From Phoronis australis (taxonomy: Eukaryota > Animalia > Phoronida): a DNA stretch of 64,000 bases. Within the stretch, counting starts at the first letter, position 1. Each line of letters begins with the position of its first letter. The DNA lies in the NCBI GenBank assembly GCA_002633005.1, contig NMRA01000031.1:334888-398887 (forward strand), read 5' to 3'. Position numbers and translations under genes: made by a program. The notes under the pieces are model-generated. The model did not search any database. It had not been told where the DNA came from and worked only from the letters and a program-made list of their open reading frames with translations. Of the stretch, positions 51,561-64,000 are shown piece after piece.

Positions 51561-51656
51561 CAAAAGTGATGGATATCCATTTCACGGGTTAAGGTTTCAA
51601 ACCCGATAATTGTATTACCCTTATTGTATTGGTTACATGCCTTTGCATGCCCTTAA

Positions 51657-53457
51657 AAGAAAATGCCACCCAAAAAACAAACCATTTTGTATCAATTTAG
51701 ATCGAGTAGTTCTACTCGATAACGGCACGTTCGATTGCGTTACCTGACACCTGACGGCAGACAGAGGTGTTGAAATTATCCAATGACGTCATTGGTTTCA
51801 CACGCAGTCTGTTCAGCAGTTCACAACACGGGTTAGTGGTGTCAGCTTATTGCTTGAATTCATCGTTTAACACCAATAAATCACCAAACTTCGATATAGA
51901 ACCCTTACAAATACGCATAGCTCTTATAAAAGCCTGTTGTTTTATTTTGCTGTTACGCATTTATTGGTATTTGGACACACGGTAGCCTACAAAGTTCGGC
52001 AGGCCAATTTCAGTACTAAGGTCTGTAGCAGGAGTTTGAGGTCTGTTCAGAGATAAATTCGAAGTATTCTTCCGTGAAATACAGGCAAGAGAACCTACGT
52101 TGTTTAGACTTGTGATTTTTGAGTTCTGAACACGCGAAACGCTTGTTATCCCGGCCAGTGGCTCGTAACCCGATCAGGCCCATCGCGGCCGGCGGGACTG
52201 GCACGAACATAAACCAGCTTGAGTTGGAAACTAAACCTCCAGTCACGAAAAGACTATAATAGTCAGTGCTGTAGTGGTAAAAGTAGAGGTAAGTAGCCGT
52301 CTAAAGCCCACCGTATCACCTTGAGCACTGAACGTAACTTACGGTACGTAGGCGCTACGTTCAAATGCTAAAAGTTGGTTGGCTGCGCCTACGTGCGCCT
52401 ACGCCCCACTTCAACACTGATAATAGTGAGCCAAAGAAATAATGTGCGCGTAATTATTTACGTGAATTAGGCACTTACTTGTCGGGGGCCGCGAAGTCGG
52501 GTTCCCCTTCCACAGACCGTCAGGGCAAAGGTTATACATTAACAATGATTTGAATAATATATTTGTATTTCTAAATAAAGATTTCCCTAAGATGTGACCA
52601 TAGCATATAAAATCGAGTAATTGTTTCACAACAACTTTCTGTCAGCAAACACAGAATTAGCATGCGCTCACACGGCCTCGGTGCCCGGTAAATATACCTT
52701 TATTCATTGCCGGCATCAAAAGCCGGTAACGCAATGGTTTATTCATTGCTGACTTCTCAACATTTGCATTCACAAATACTGCAAATGCATTACAAATTGT
52801 ATCTAATGAGACAGACTTTGTTTCAGTTTTATGTAAGCATTGGTTAGGATGAGAATAATTCATTTTGAAACAGAACGCAGAATACATGGCAACTAGCCCG
52901 GCGCCAATCCCGACTTAGTCAAGAGCTCATTCGACGAAGACTTCACGGGTCGGATCGTTAGGTTTCACAGGCTATCAGTTCGAACCGAAATACACTGATC
53001 AAGAAATACCAGAGAGGCGCCGTGAACATGCACAGGCAACGGAACGTATGGATAGTTCTTTGGTAAGCTGTAATTCGTCAGAGAAATCACTGTCGACGAA
53101 ATGCCGGCCACAGACACGGAGATGTTTCAAGGCCTCATACTTGCTATTAACAGCCTACCTTTCATTCTTCACTACCGGGAGCCACTTTCTAAGCATTTCG
53201 GCTCTCGACGAAGTCGAAAAAACGATATTCTCGCTTTCTTCACAGCTTCATAGTTCGGACAACCGGGAACGACGCACCGCAATATAGCGGCATTCACTCT
53301 GCAGACGAACCACTGGCGTCTCTGCGTCGTTTCTCACCTTCCTCACAGGTTAACGAGACACCTCTCGCCAAGGTGAGGTCGACCGTATAAGAGGCGATGT
53401 GGATATAGACCGATTAAGACGGTAAAAAAGACTAATTAAATCGGGTGGCATTCTCCT
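51657..53457 (-). mobile_element. Kolobok-like TTAA-flanked element with THAP remnant(s)
   Basis: TTAA at 51653-51656 and 53458-53461. TIR AAGAAAATGCCACCC / rc AGGAGAATGCCACCC. THAP remnant begins about 165 bp inside the right end. Confidence 0.75.
53060..53293 (-). pseudogene. Complete but broken THAP (C2CH) domain
   Basis: LRCVVPGCPNYEAVKKARISFFRL /frameshift/ AEMLRKWLPVVKNER*AVNSKYEALKHLRVCGRHFVDSDF. Confidence 0.8.
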
Positions 53458-54118
53458 TTAAAAGAGAATGCCACACACATCGCAGGAACTAAACGACAAT
53501 GCTTTTTTAACATAAAGTGCAGTTGTATTCACTGACAACTTGTAAATGTGAATACAAAAAATCAGCCAATAGGTGACCTTTGTAATAATGACGTACCTCA
53601 CTGGCTCACACAGCCAGCATCTGCACCACATCACGATAGGCCTACTTACTATGCACGGCTCAGTGATTTGCGGCAGATCATTTTCGCCACAAAATTCGCT
53701 CTTAAAAACATTTGGCAATTTTCAACCTACTTCATATTCCCATCGTCGGTATACGTTATGTTTCTAACTAAAAAATTCACAAAGCCGTTTTCGTGTTCCT
53801 AAGTTCAAATTAAGTCGATTTGCCGAAGACGACAAAATGCCGATTAAGTTGGGACACGTGAAAATCTCAAGGTGTTCGGTTAATTATTCTGTGAAAACTT
53901 TTTTGGTCAATATAACCTATACATGCCTTAACCGTGTTCGTTATTTCAAAATTCACTCGCAATGTCAGCTGAATTTGCAGTGCGTAATTAACTTAATTAT
54001 CGCTTCAACGTCAATTTTGTTACCGTCTCCACTCCGACAGGCAGGACCAACTGTTGACCTACTTAAAAGTAGGTCAACACTTCATTGTTATATACACCAC
54101 GTGCCGAGAGACCAAAAT

Positions 54119-54365
54119 CATGGGCGCACCCAGGGGTTCGGGGCGCCCCCCCCCCATTTGCCGAAGTGGGCAAAAAGGTCGGCCCCAGAGAACCAAAACT
54201 CCCAAAAAAGAAAACGAGACAAAAGTCCACTATAAAGGCAGGAACTGCCAAATTTCCGCAAATGCGCAATTCACTAGCTCTGAACGTACCCCGTGAATCT
54301 TTGTAAAAGGTCCACATTCTCAAAAACTCGAGCCCCACCCCCATTTTAGGCTGGGTGCGCGCATG
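54119..54365 (+). mobile_element. MITE family B, full-length copy
   Basis: TIR CATGGGCGCACCCAG / CTGGGTGCGCGCATG; flanks AAAAT/GAAAT. Confidence 0.9.
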
Positions 54366-56332
54366 GAAATGGATAACAGAAATTGAGTCCGTGGTTAAAG
54401 CACGTCACGAGGATGAGATCGAAACAGCGAAATGTCAACTTACGTATCGAATTAAGGAATTTGGGTGAGGATTTATCGCCTTTCACAACGCGCTATGTTC
54501 GTGAACACAAAGTCACAGAGGCGTGAGGCTACCCGGAGCATTCGTTCTCAACGGTCGTATGCATGCAGATGGACAACTCACTCCGGATCAAAACTAGGTT
54601 TTGTTTTCGTTTTTCCCGGCATCTTTCTATCATGTGTACACCTCGTTGACTCAATATTATAGTGACGCGATGAATGAAAGGACTGAGGGTACATACGGAA
54701 CTGCTCTGTAACCTTTGACCTCGGATAAGTAGTAAACAAATTTGCACGCGGTTGTACGGTTCCAAGGTGGTTCTGCTAAATATTTTTTCTCGCTACACGG
54801 TACATATTTTGTATTTGAAATTCCCCGAGAATGACGATAAGGTATTTTGTTAGACATACGCAAAATATTGTAAAAATAAGGTTTGAAATATCCTTAATGA
54901 TATTTCCAATTAATCTTGCTGTCTTGAACAACTCCTAATAGTTCAACCTCCCTGGAAACAATTAGTTTTTTCCACTCAATCGCAGGATCTCGATCTCATC
55001 AAAAATATTCCATTGTGTTTGAAAACAAGTTGATCACGGGCAGCAAAAGCCTGGTGAGTTGACGGAGCTCAAAATCATTTTCGCTTCACTATTTAACAAG
55101 AAAAGCCACTGTTTACGGATGATGTCGGATACATATCCTGGCATCCAACGAAGGTCTTGGCAGTGATTCATATCATCGATTTTGAGATGGTTTATAGTAA
55201 GTATACTGAGTGAATGCGCTTCAGTTCAAGGCATCAGCTATGGTTGCATTCTGTACGTTAGACTGGCATGTTTGGTGGCATTTTTTCATCAAAATGAAGA
55301 AGCTGTCCACAAGCGTTTTTATACATTAGTAGTACTAATTCACTATGCCAGTATATTGATAAAGCCTCAAAATTTGCCCGTTTTCACTCATAACGTGGTA
55401 GGTAGGCGCAAAAAACGATAATTAAATTTACATATAGTGTATGAAAGAATCAGTACATGTACTGCACTTTCTTAATTTCACAAAAAATAGAGCTACTCGA
55501 GCAAATTATTTTATTGCCACATGTTTCTGAATCAATTCAAAGAAAATGACAGCATTTCCGCTTGCCAGTGTGGGCTAAGTAGATGTGGGTGTTCTCGTTT
55601 TCCGTGAGGCGATGCGTGCTTTGAATTGAGACTACTAATCAATCATGTAAATAAGTTATATGTCAAAAGGTCTGTAATATGTCATGTTCCCGCTTATGTC
55701 GAAAGTTCTCAGACAAAAACTCTTAAGGGGACGTTATCGGTTTACTGCCGAAAAAACGTAATTTTGTGATTATTTGAAATTATTGAATGGAATACACTTT
55801 TTTGAATTATTAGCTTTGACAAGAGCAGTAAAACAATAAAATCGTTGTATTTTTGTAATTTTACTGTAAATCTCGCCGTTGTCTCCCAGACGAGCTGAAA
55901 TTCTGACCGTTTACTTTATCTGTTAAATACACTTCAAGTACTCCGCCATTTTAGTAAGTGTGATATAGGTCAGCTAGTTGAGTCCTTTCGTCTGCGACAA
56001 GAGACATTTGAATTCAATGACGCGTTGGGACTGATTTCGAAAAATGATTTTCTCACCGTAAATTTACCTTCAATATATTCGTTTTATCACTAGTACAGTT
56101 CTTTTATAACAAGCTGTAGTTCTTTTTTCATCAACACTTATTCAGTTTTTACACGCTCAATCACAACTCATTGGCGACTTTTCATTTCACGATTGACAGC
56201 AGGCACAAGGTCAGTCGCACTAACTAAAGAACATGAATCATTAGTCAGTAAACTAACCTTGTTTAAGAGCTAAGTATTGGCTATACGATGCATTTGCTTG
56301 GTACAATATATCAAAATTGCCTATACACTTAA

Positions 56333-56604
56333 AGAGGTCTGGAACGCAAAAAATCAAAATACATTTTAAACAAATCATGGCGAATCTACTTCTTGAGGTG
56401 AGAGGTATTCATTTTGAATATTGCCAGAATTTCTAGTCAGCTTCACTGTTTTTGTAGCACAAATCAAATGCTTTGATTTCAGCAGAAATTGAAATTCTTT
56501 GTGATCAAACTGTACATACTTGGTGAACAGTTTGATTTCTGTTTCAATTGCAGAGAACCGCTTTGAAGAATGAAATTTAGTCTGTTTTCGGATTCTTGGT
56601 CACT
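56333..56604 (+). mobile_element. Short Kolobok-like element related to 19716-25571
   Basis: TTAA on both sides. Left end AGAGGTCTGGAACGCAAAAAATCAAAATACATTTTAAACAA matches 19716 onward; right part (AAATGCTTTGA...GCAGAGA..CGCTTTG..AATG.AATTTAGTCTGTTTT) matches 25448-25571. Confidence 0.8.
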
Positions 56605-57356
56605 TTAAACTAAACATAATTATACGGTTAGTTAAATACGAATTTTCTCTCATGACCTGGAATGTGTTACAACACGACTGGTTAATAACACCGAGTACGT
56701 ATTTTTTATATTACATGAGCGAATCACAAATTAGTGCAAAGTAGAAATCCATACGCCTTACATTTTATCGTTTGCAAAACACTAAAACAACCGAACGCGC
56801 GCCAACCCAAACAATGCCGGAATTCCGAGAAGCAGTGACAAATCGGGTGTTGCAACTGTACGTACTCCCAGTCGGAAGGACATGCAAACTACAACTTCTT
56901 TAACGGACCCATCTTTGGCGGCGAACTCTAGATCCACGCTCATTCAACTTCAAAGACTATTTATTAGATTTTAACTTGAATATTTGTTACAAAAGCTGAA
57001 TGCAATTTATAATTGTTAAGCTTTAAATAAACCCATTTAACAAAAAGTAACATACTGAATTACTTTACATTGCGCAAGCGTGTGTTACAAACGTTGCGTC
57101 GTGTGGTTGAACGTTTTAGACACGTCGAGTTTTTCGACAAAAATATTGTTTTTACGGTTTATGTGAGAAAACAAATCCTTCACTCGTCTCAGATTTATGA
57201 CATGGGCTCTTGGAAATTTCGTCAAAATCCCGAGGCCTAGAAATTTCAAAGAGGTTTTGCCCATGTCATACACCTGAGACTCGTGTAGGATTCTCTATAT
57301 ATTACACCTTTTAAGGGACATTATTGTTGACAATATTGTCTATTTGAGACCAATTC

Positions 57357-57416
57357 GAGACAGATTCAAACCCACAACCTCAGCAGTCGTAGTGAGGCGC
57401 TTTACTCATAGTGCAA
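57357..57416 (-). mobile_element. Degenerate tRNA-derived SINE head
   Basis: Minus strand TGCACTATGAGTAAAGCG (A-box-like) ... GGGTTTGAATC (B-box-like); no intact cloverleaf. Confidence 0.4.
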
Positions 57417-57944
57417 AAAGGAATTTGCTCCTCCCACGAATAATCCCAAGGTGCGTTTTTTGCCCAAGCCCAGGGCGGCGCCTTCATCTTCATCGTTTTG
57501 TTTCACTATCGTTTTTATTAGACGGTAAAGTAGACGATGCTAAGTGGTTAATCTTTTGTGCTTGAGAACATTGATGTTATGCAGACCCTTTCCTCGTGTA
57601 CACAGAAACTACTTCTGTGTTTTCGTTATTTTCCATCAGTTAAGCCCCATTCACATTTCCACTAAAACTGCACTAAGCCTAAACCTTTAAGTGCCCTCTG
57701 ACAAATTAGCCTATCGATTTACACCATTTTACCGTTATAAAATTGCTATTAATTTCTCAACTCAGACAAGAAAAGATTTCTGCAGGGACAGTTTGTTGTT
57801 GCTTGAGGCCAGCTCCAGTGCGTTGGCTTGACGGGCTGACGTCATTTTGTTCTCCGGAAGCAATTTGACTACAGCCAGCCATGATTCTGAAGAAGCCGGT
57901 GACCTAGCCACAAAAATTCAGTTACTTACCACATTTATCCACTT

Positions 57945-58002
57945 ACAAAGCGTCTGACTCTGACCTCTGTTGTCGTCATGGGTTCGAGTCCGTCTTGGGG
58001 CT
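57945..58002 (+). mobile_element. Degenerate tRNA-derived SINE head
   Basis: AAAGCGTCTGACTC...GGGTTCGAGTCC with a consensus B box; A box eroded. Confidence 0.4.
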
Positions 58003-58808
58003 GGTCTCCAATATACAACATTGTCGCCGATACTGTCACTTTAAGACCTCTGCTGCTTTGTCCAACGTTGACGCAAAACAGCAAATTTGTTTCTGTTTAA
58101 GTTAACGCTGAACTATGACAGTTGCATCAGTCTAATGTCATTATTTTCTCATAAAGTGGATTCTTTTCAGATACCAAACATATGAACGCGACAAAATGGC
58201 ACACAACTAAGTTTTACGCAAGTGTTGTAGTTAGGGCCAAGCATATTCACGAAAGACGTCGCTCTAGTCGTTTGGCGACACGCAGTATTGGCTTACGTAG
58301 TAAACGAGGGCCAAGTGTAGTTTAATACAATCATAGTATAGTTTCTGCGATTAGTTGCTTCATTGCAAAGCCGTTCTTTTACTTTGTACTCCGAAACATG
58401 GTGCTGTATGGGGAATTACGATTCATCAACGCTCTATTCTGGAAGTTCTCGCAACAGTGAAATTATATTGCAAACATTTTTTAAAAGTCTTGTCAGCACG
58501 CCATCGTTTCAGACTTATATTCATTAGGTCACGTGATGTGGCCAACAGATGGCGTGCTGACAAGACTTCAAATGTTTGCAACATATTCCCACTCCATATA
58601 TATGCATATACACTGATCGTCACAAGTTATTTGGTAAAACATTTCATACTTTCAAATTTCAGAATGCATGAAAGTGTGCTTAATTGGAAAGAATTAGTTG
58701 TGCGTGGTAAAACTTTGGACGATGCGTGGTATGTTTTTGTTGCCGGAGAGTGGTAAACGGTAACGCTCTCGTGGCAAGGCTTATCCACTGTCGGTCGCAA
58801 CGTTTCGA

Positions 58809-59180
58809 TTAACCCCTTTGCCGCTCTATACTGTGACGTATGCATTTCAGCGGAGAGTGGTAATCGGACCGTTACCACTGGATGCAGAACGTTATTGAGG
58901 TTAAGAAATCCCATGAGAGCAGCGCCCTTGCCACTCTCTACAAAACACTTACCACGCAACGTATTAACTCTGACCACCCACACTGTAAACCTTATTTCTC
59001 ACCGCAAGAACTCCACGCACCACAAGGTTTTTGTAAAAATTGCACGTGTTCAGGTTTTTTGTGCGTGGCTGGTGTTACTGCGGTGCTTTGTGAGTGTTTT
59101 GTTAAAAGTGGTTTCATTTTCACACAAGTAGTAAAAGCCATTCTGTGGTAAGATTTTGCGGTCCTTGGTATCTAAGGGTT
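58809..59180. mobile_element. Degenerate foldback element (TTAA-CCC start, piggyBac-like)
   Basis: Nested inverted matches CCACTCTCTACAAAACACTTAC / GTGAGTGTTTTGTTAAAAGTGG, ACCGCA..CCACGCAC / GTGCGTGG..TGCGGT and GGACCG / CGGTCC. Confidence 0.5.
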
Positions 59181-60277
59181 CGATAACCACTCCTGAATTA
59201 AGTACCATCTTAAATTCATAAGGAATTTGCTGCTAAAGGTTAACTTAAACATACAGGATGGGGACCCAAGGAACTCGAAACAAAGTCAACAGACGTTGTA
59301 TATCGAAGATAACGCATCCAGCTGTCGTTTCTCCGAGGTTCCAGTATTATTAAACAGGGTACAATTTTCCGGCAAAACATTAGTATACCTGTCATGAAAC
59401 GCGATCCGCTCAATTAAAGTTCACCCGATAGAGTCGAAATAATCTTAAGTAATACCGATGCATGACATTTATTTAAAAATGTTTCTTGACAATGGAATTT
59501 GGAAGCAAATTACTCCCACAAGACCACGTCGTGTATTTACCGTAGACTCTTCTGCATCACACATGATGTCGTCTGTGGTATAAAAGGCTCAAGCTCATTG
59601 GCCGCTACAGCGTAAGCCTGTTTGCCGTTAAGATGCTCTTAATATTATTCGCCGTTTTCGGAGTGACTCTCTCGACGTCACCAAACCCGCCGTTAGGTAT
59701 GCGACTTTGAATGTTTCGCCCACTGAAAGTAAGGTGTGTCAATTTTGATGCAAACAGAGCATGAATGTTAGGTAGCGAACGAATTGGAATCCATATTGCT
59801 AACGTTTTTTTCTTTTGGTATGCGTGTAAAGTTGTCCTCACTTAGGCTGGTGGTTCGAACAGATGTACTCAGACGACAGAAATCTGTCAGAGCAATTTCC
59901 GGATAAGGCTTTAAACTAATGCGCTTAAAAATCACACAGATGATACCATGAATAACTCTCTTATCCAATTTAGAGAAGCACTTTCGTTCTCACAACGTTC
60001 AAAAGATGGCGATAGGTGCTGGGAAAGTGTGATTCACGTCGTAGCCTATTTTCTTGCATACTTAGATTCAGGTTATTTCCACATGTAATCAGGTGCGAAA
60101 ACAGCATGCCATTGCCTTCAAATCGGATGTAAAATTTAATGCTAAGCAACCAATTCTGCATTTAATCAGTTCTGCTTCGCTTTCGCGTTAGTTGTTTTTT
60201 GCCGAATTATTTTCTATTAGACTCATGAAATGTCGATTTCCACTAAGTACAGAGCTGAATCATAGACAAGATGGTCT

Positions 60278-60748
60278 CGCTGCTGTGCGTGAACTTGGAA
60301 TTCTGCTTAGTCTCAAGAATGTGTATGCGTGAAATCTGAATTAAGTATTCATTATGTCAATCAAGTAAAAATTGTTCAGTGTAAAGATTTTTTTCGTAAT
60401 TATTGGCCTCACAGAACCAGAGAAGTATATGAATTGTTAATCGATTATTGTTTGATGAAGAAGATTATAAATGAAATAAGCCGGAAATGGTCGACTTTTG
60501 AAAACTAGTTTTCTCCACTGAATAACGGGTATCAAAACTGGTTCTCGAAATATGGGCACATTATATTCCACTATTGCAGAAAACAATAAAGCTGGGTTAA
60601 AATTTAGATTATTTTATTAACAGGTAATTTACTTCGGTGCAGTGCTAATTTTCTACAACGTCAACTTGTTATGTTTCCTTGTATATTCCAAGTTCACGCA
60701 CGCGCGACCTTGAGATTAAGCAGGATTCCAAGTTCACGCAGAGCATCG
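60278..60748. mobile_element. MITE with ~60-bp TIRs
   Basis: TGCGTGAACTTGGAATTCTGCTTAGTCTCAAG vs rc TGCGTGAACTTGGAATCCTGCTTAATCTCAAG. Confidence 0.85.
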
Positions 60749-61083
60749 CCACCTGGTGCCTGAGCCTCTATTGTAAACATTGCAGATAGCTTAGTTCCAA
60801 CTTCAAGCGTGCATTCGGATTCATAGAAGCCATAAAATAGTCAAGATACAGACTGCCTCGACTTTCTTACTAAGATAGTCTTGTGAGTTAACTAGCTTGA
60901 TGGGTGTCGAAACTTTAGCATTGAAAGGCTGTAGAGAAACCACAAACAACGTTGTGTTTGTTCGTTTTTATCCTTTGGACTATAAAATATTTTGCAAGCA
61001 GTATAATATCGACGAGCCGGCAGGTCTGGGTAACATTGATATCAGTACTGCACATTTACTACGAGCTTACACCAGCCATAGAA

Positions 61084-62870
61084 TTTTATTTATTTATTCA
61101 TTTAAACTTCTTTAAAAAGACTGGGTGACCATTTCAGTGAATACACTGATTTTCAAGTGGGCCCAGTCGTAAATAATTACATGAAATAAAATACAGAAAG
61201 TTATGTATAATTAGAGTGGAAAGATTAATAAAATAAATAAATTAGTAATAAATTAGTTACTATGTACAATTAGATGAATAAACAAGATAAAATAGAGTAA
61301 AATAATAATGAGCTGAGGCCTACAGTCCCGATCCTCTCACTAAGTCCCAGTATGTCTGTTTAAAGACGTTTGGGCGCGTTCGTGACGGTAATTCCCAGCC
61401 CGTTGTAAGCGATGGTGCATCTTTAGGCAAAAGCACTTTTGTCGCAATTGTTTTCAGGTTTATTTGGCACCAGGCAGCCTGAAACACTCACTCTAGAACT
61501 GTAATTGTGAGAATCTCTGACTGCTTTGAATTTAGTACTGAGGTACTTTGGTGTAAGTTCAGCTTAAGTTTGTGCACCACAAGGTTTAAATGAAAGGCAT
61601 GCCTACTAACCTGGCTGCACCAGCGATCGACGTGTATCGAGGAGGTTAGTAATGGGAAATTCACTATAAAGGATACTATAATTGGTTATCAGCCTCCCAG
61701 CCTTGTTTTGTAATTTTTGAAGTCTATCCTGGAGGTATGATGTACATTACCCCACTCATCATCACAGTAATCAAAGTTTGGTAGAACTAGACTCTTGTAC
61801 AGAGTCTTCAGAGTAGCCTGATTGACATAGTTCTTGACTCTGTACAAAAGCCCAATTCGCTGTGAAACTTTTTACGTGCATAATCAGTGAAATTTTATCA
61901 ATCATAACGCCTAGATATTTATATTTCTCTGTGCTTGCAAGCTGGGTCCCGTTGGCAGCTATCGCAATGTTGATTGGTGACAACACAGTCAGTCTCTTGT
62001 CTGCTACCAATAGTCATAACCTTGGTTTATCAACAGTTTGTTCTCTACAAGCCAAGCATAAACACGATTAATTTCGTCTGCTAAAATCTCCTTGACTTCG
62101 TTTATTGATTTGGCGGCAAGGACGAGGGCTGTGTCGTCTGCATACAAACTAATTCCACATTGTTCCACTGACGTAGATAAATCACTTACATACACACGTA
62201 ATAACAACAGGCCCAGTATCGACCCCTGGGGGACACCACAGGTCACATCAAGTGGTATGTGACTGTTGATTCTGATTACAATTACTGAACCAGTCGAGTT
62301 CGGCGTCGCACACACCACAGTTAGAAAGTTTGAACAGTAATCTATTTGGTCAACTCTATCGAATGCTTTCTTTAGGTCGAGAAAGATTGCACCAGTAACT
62401 TTACCATTGTCCATGTTGTCAAGTAAATAGTAAGTTATGTCAAGAAGGGAAGTAGCTGTAGACTAGTGCGCGGGGCGAAACCCTGACTTCAACAAATAAA
62501 AGATTGTTTAACTTTAAACAAGAGTACAGTAATGAGTGTACACCTCTTTCTAAAATTTCCATAACTGTACATATACATACAGGGATCACTGAGATTGGAC
62601 GATAATTGTTTACAATGAAGATTTTTATCGCCTTCCTTAAAAATTGGTGTCACCGGCTTTGGCCTTCTTTGGACTGAGTTTCCAACGATTTGTTGAAAAT
62701 AAATGTGAGGCGATTTAGAGATCAACGGTCCCGCGAGTTTCAGTAATCTAGAAGGTATCTCATTCTTGCCAATCTACTTGTTCACGTTAAGTTTAGTAAG
62801 TTGTGTTAAGGTGAAATTCTCAGTGATTTCACAAAGATTAAACCCTTGAAGGGTAACAGATTGAAATAAT
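61084..62870 (-). mobile_element. 5'-truncated, frameshifted CR1-group LINE (L2/Crack-like) with RT remnant and 3' tail
   Basis: IPSRLLKLAGP, VTPIFKEGDK, GAIFLDLKKAFDRVD, GVPQGSILG, LYADDTAL and KYKYLGVMID. 3' hairpin GACTGGG..TCAGTG-AATA-CACTGA..CCCAGTC (61119-61168) and a (TAAA)n tail. Confidence 0.92.
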
Positions 62871-64000
62871 TTGGCTGATGCACATCAGGAAATGCCAACT
62901 CCGATCTCTGAGGTTGCGTCGCGCATGCGTGAGAGTTGTTTGCATTCGTTTGTTCCCGTGCGTGTACTTGCTATGCAATTTACTGTCATTAAAACTTTTC
63001 ACAACTCCGCCGTTTTACACCCGCATTGCATAAGAGCCATATCATTAGAAAGACCTTTGTCAGTTCTTAATGATTATAACAAAATCAAAATACATTAGTA
63101 CTTGAGGTGACTGAGCGACATAACTTACATCAACTTCAGTAGAGCCAAAAGACGTTGACAATTTGGGGTCAATGTTTACACTTGTTGAGTGGCCTAATCT
63201 TCGTTGCTAAGTTACTCAACCTCATTTTTATCACCAATGATGAGCAATAATGGCTTAGGGTGTCTAGTCTAGTCTATAGGCATTATAGCCTATCTTACAG
63301 TTTAGGGAACAACTGCACTACGAGGCTACGCCATCTCTTCCGCGGGCCACTAAAGAGCTAGATGTTGTTTACCAGACTAATGCTAATAGAGGTTGAATGC
63401 GACACAAGAGGCATGCATGGCTGCACATGAACGGTTCAGCACGGTTGGTTTGTAAGCTGGAAGTCGCCATCCAGTTATATCTACACGGATAACCCGGCCG
63501 GATGAACCGCAGCCCATATGGCAAGACATACACGAACAACCCACGTAGGCGTGGAAGTGAAGAGCAATCGAGTAACCATTAATAAAACTTCTCTATTTCA
63601 GGAGAAGGCGAAAGCTGTTTGATGGACAAGATCGACGCTGAATGTGGAAACAAATTGCATTGCAATCCACTCACTTTCAAGTGTGAACGCCGTGGGTAGA
63701 CTTTTGTAATTTCTGGTTATTTTTATTGATCGGAGCCTGGGGAGCGCTTACTGCTTCACAGAATATCAGGGTACCTAAACTACACGACTCACGGACCTGC
63801 AAACAGCGTCCACTGACTCACAAACACGGGGAACGTACTCACAAAACACGATCCACGCACCCAAATAATGACGGGACACGGACTCATATTCACGAGGAAA
63901 CACGGTTACCGCCAAACACGAGTCACGGACTCATCGCGGCTTCCTGGGTCAGTTGACATCTCCATATTTTGCCCGTAAATCGTGTTTGGCGGTCCGTTAA

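Noticed and set aside
57945-58002. tRNA gene
   Set aside because: B box present but no acceptor stem or complete cloverleaf; treated as a SINE-like remnant.
58540-58560. Isolated strong CTCF-like sites (also about 3030, 42600 and 60745)
   Set aside because: Single motifs, some adjacent to repeats, cannot be told from background without occupancy data.
63780-63935. Clustered ACACG/CTCAC motifs
   Set aside because: No fixed period and truncated by the window edge; probably subterminal repeats of an element that cannot be defined here.

Overview
AT-rich eukaryotic genomic scaffold with two N gaps (5861-6670, 15797-16488). The gene and transposon content points to a marine invertebrate, probably a lophotrochozoan (inference). 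One clearly intact gene is present: an intronless class A peptide GPCR of the FMRFamide-receptor-like type (44926-46131, +), with a candidate non-coding first exon about 14 kb upstream. A probable minus-strand spliced gene near the start has a 1-kb very basic exon (6917-7920) and a protein-kinase C-lobe terminal exon (4734-5001). The rest is mostly decayed transposons: an Academ-type (XPG nuclease + Cys-rich tail) element nested in a TTAA-flanked THAP-bearing Kolobok-like element; further Kolobok-like elements, some back-to-back on a shared TTAA; an L2/Crack-type LINE plus a second 3'-only copy; an RNase H LINE remnant; and many MITE/foldback families, including a 30-bp element with a perfect 8-bp TSD. 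A diverged ~400-bp tandem repeat carries co-oriented CTCF-like motifs. No prokaryotic features, rRNA or CRISPR were found. All calls are from reading the sequence by eye; no searches were run.
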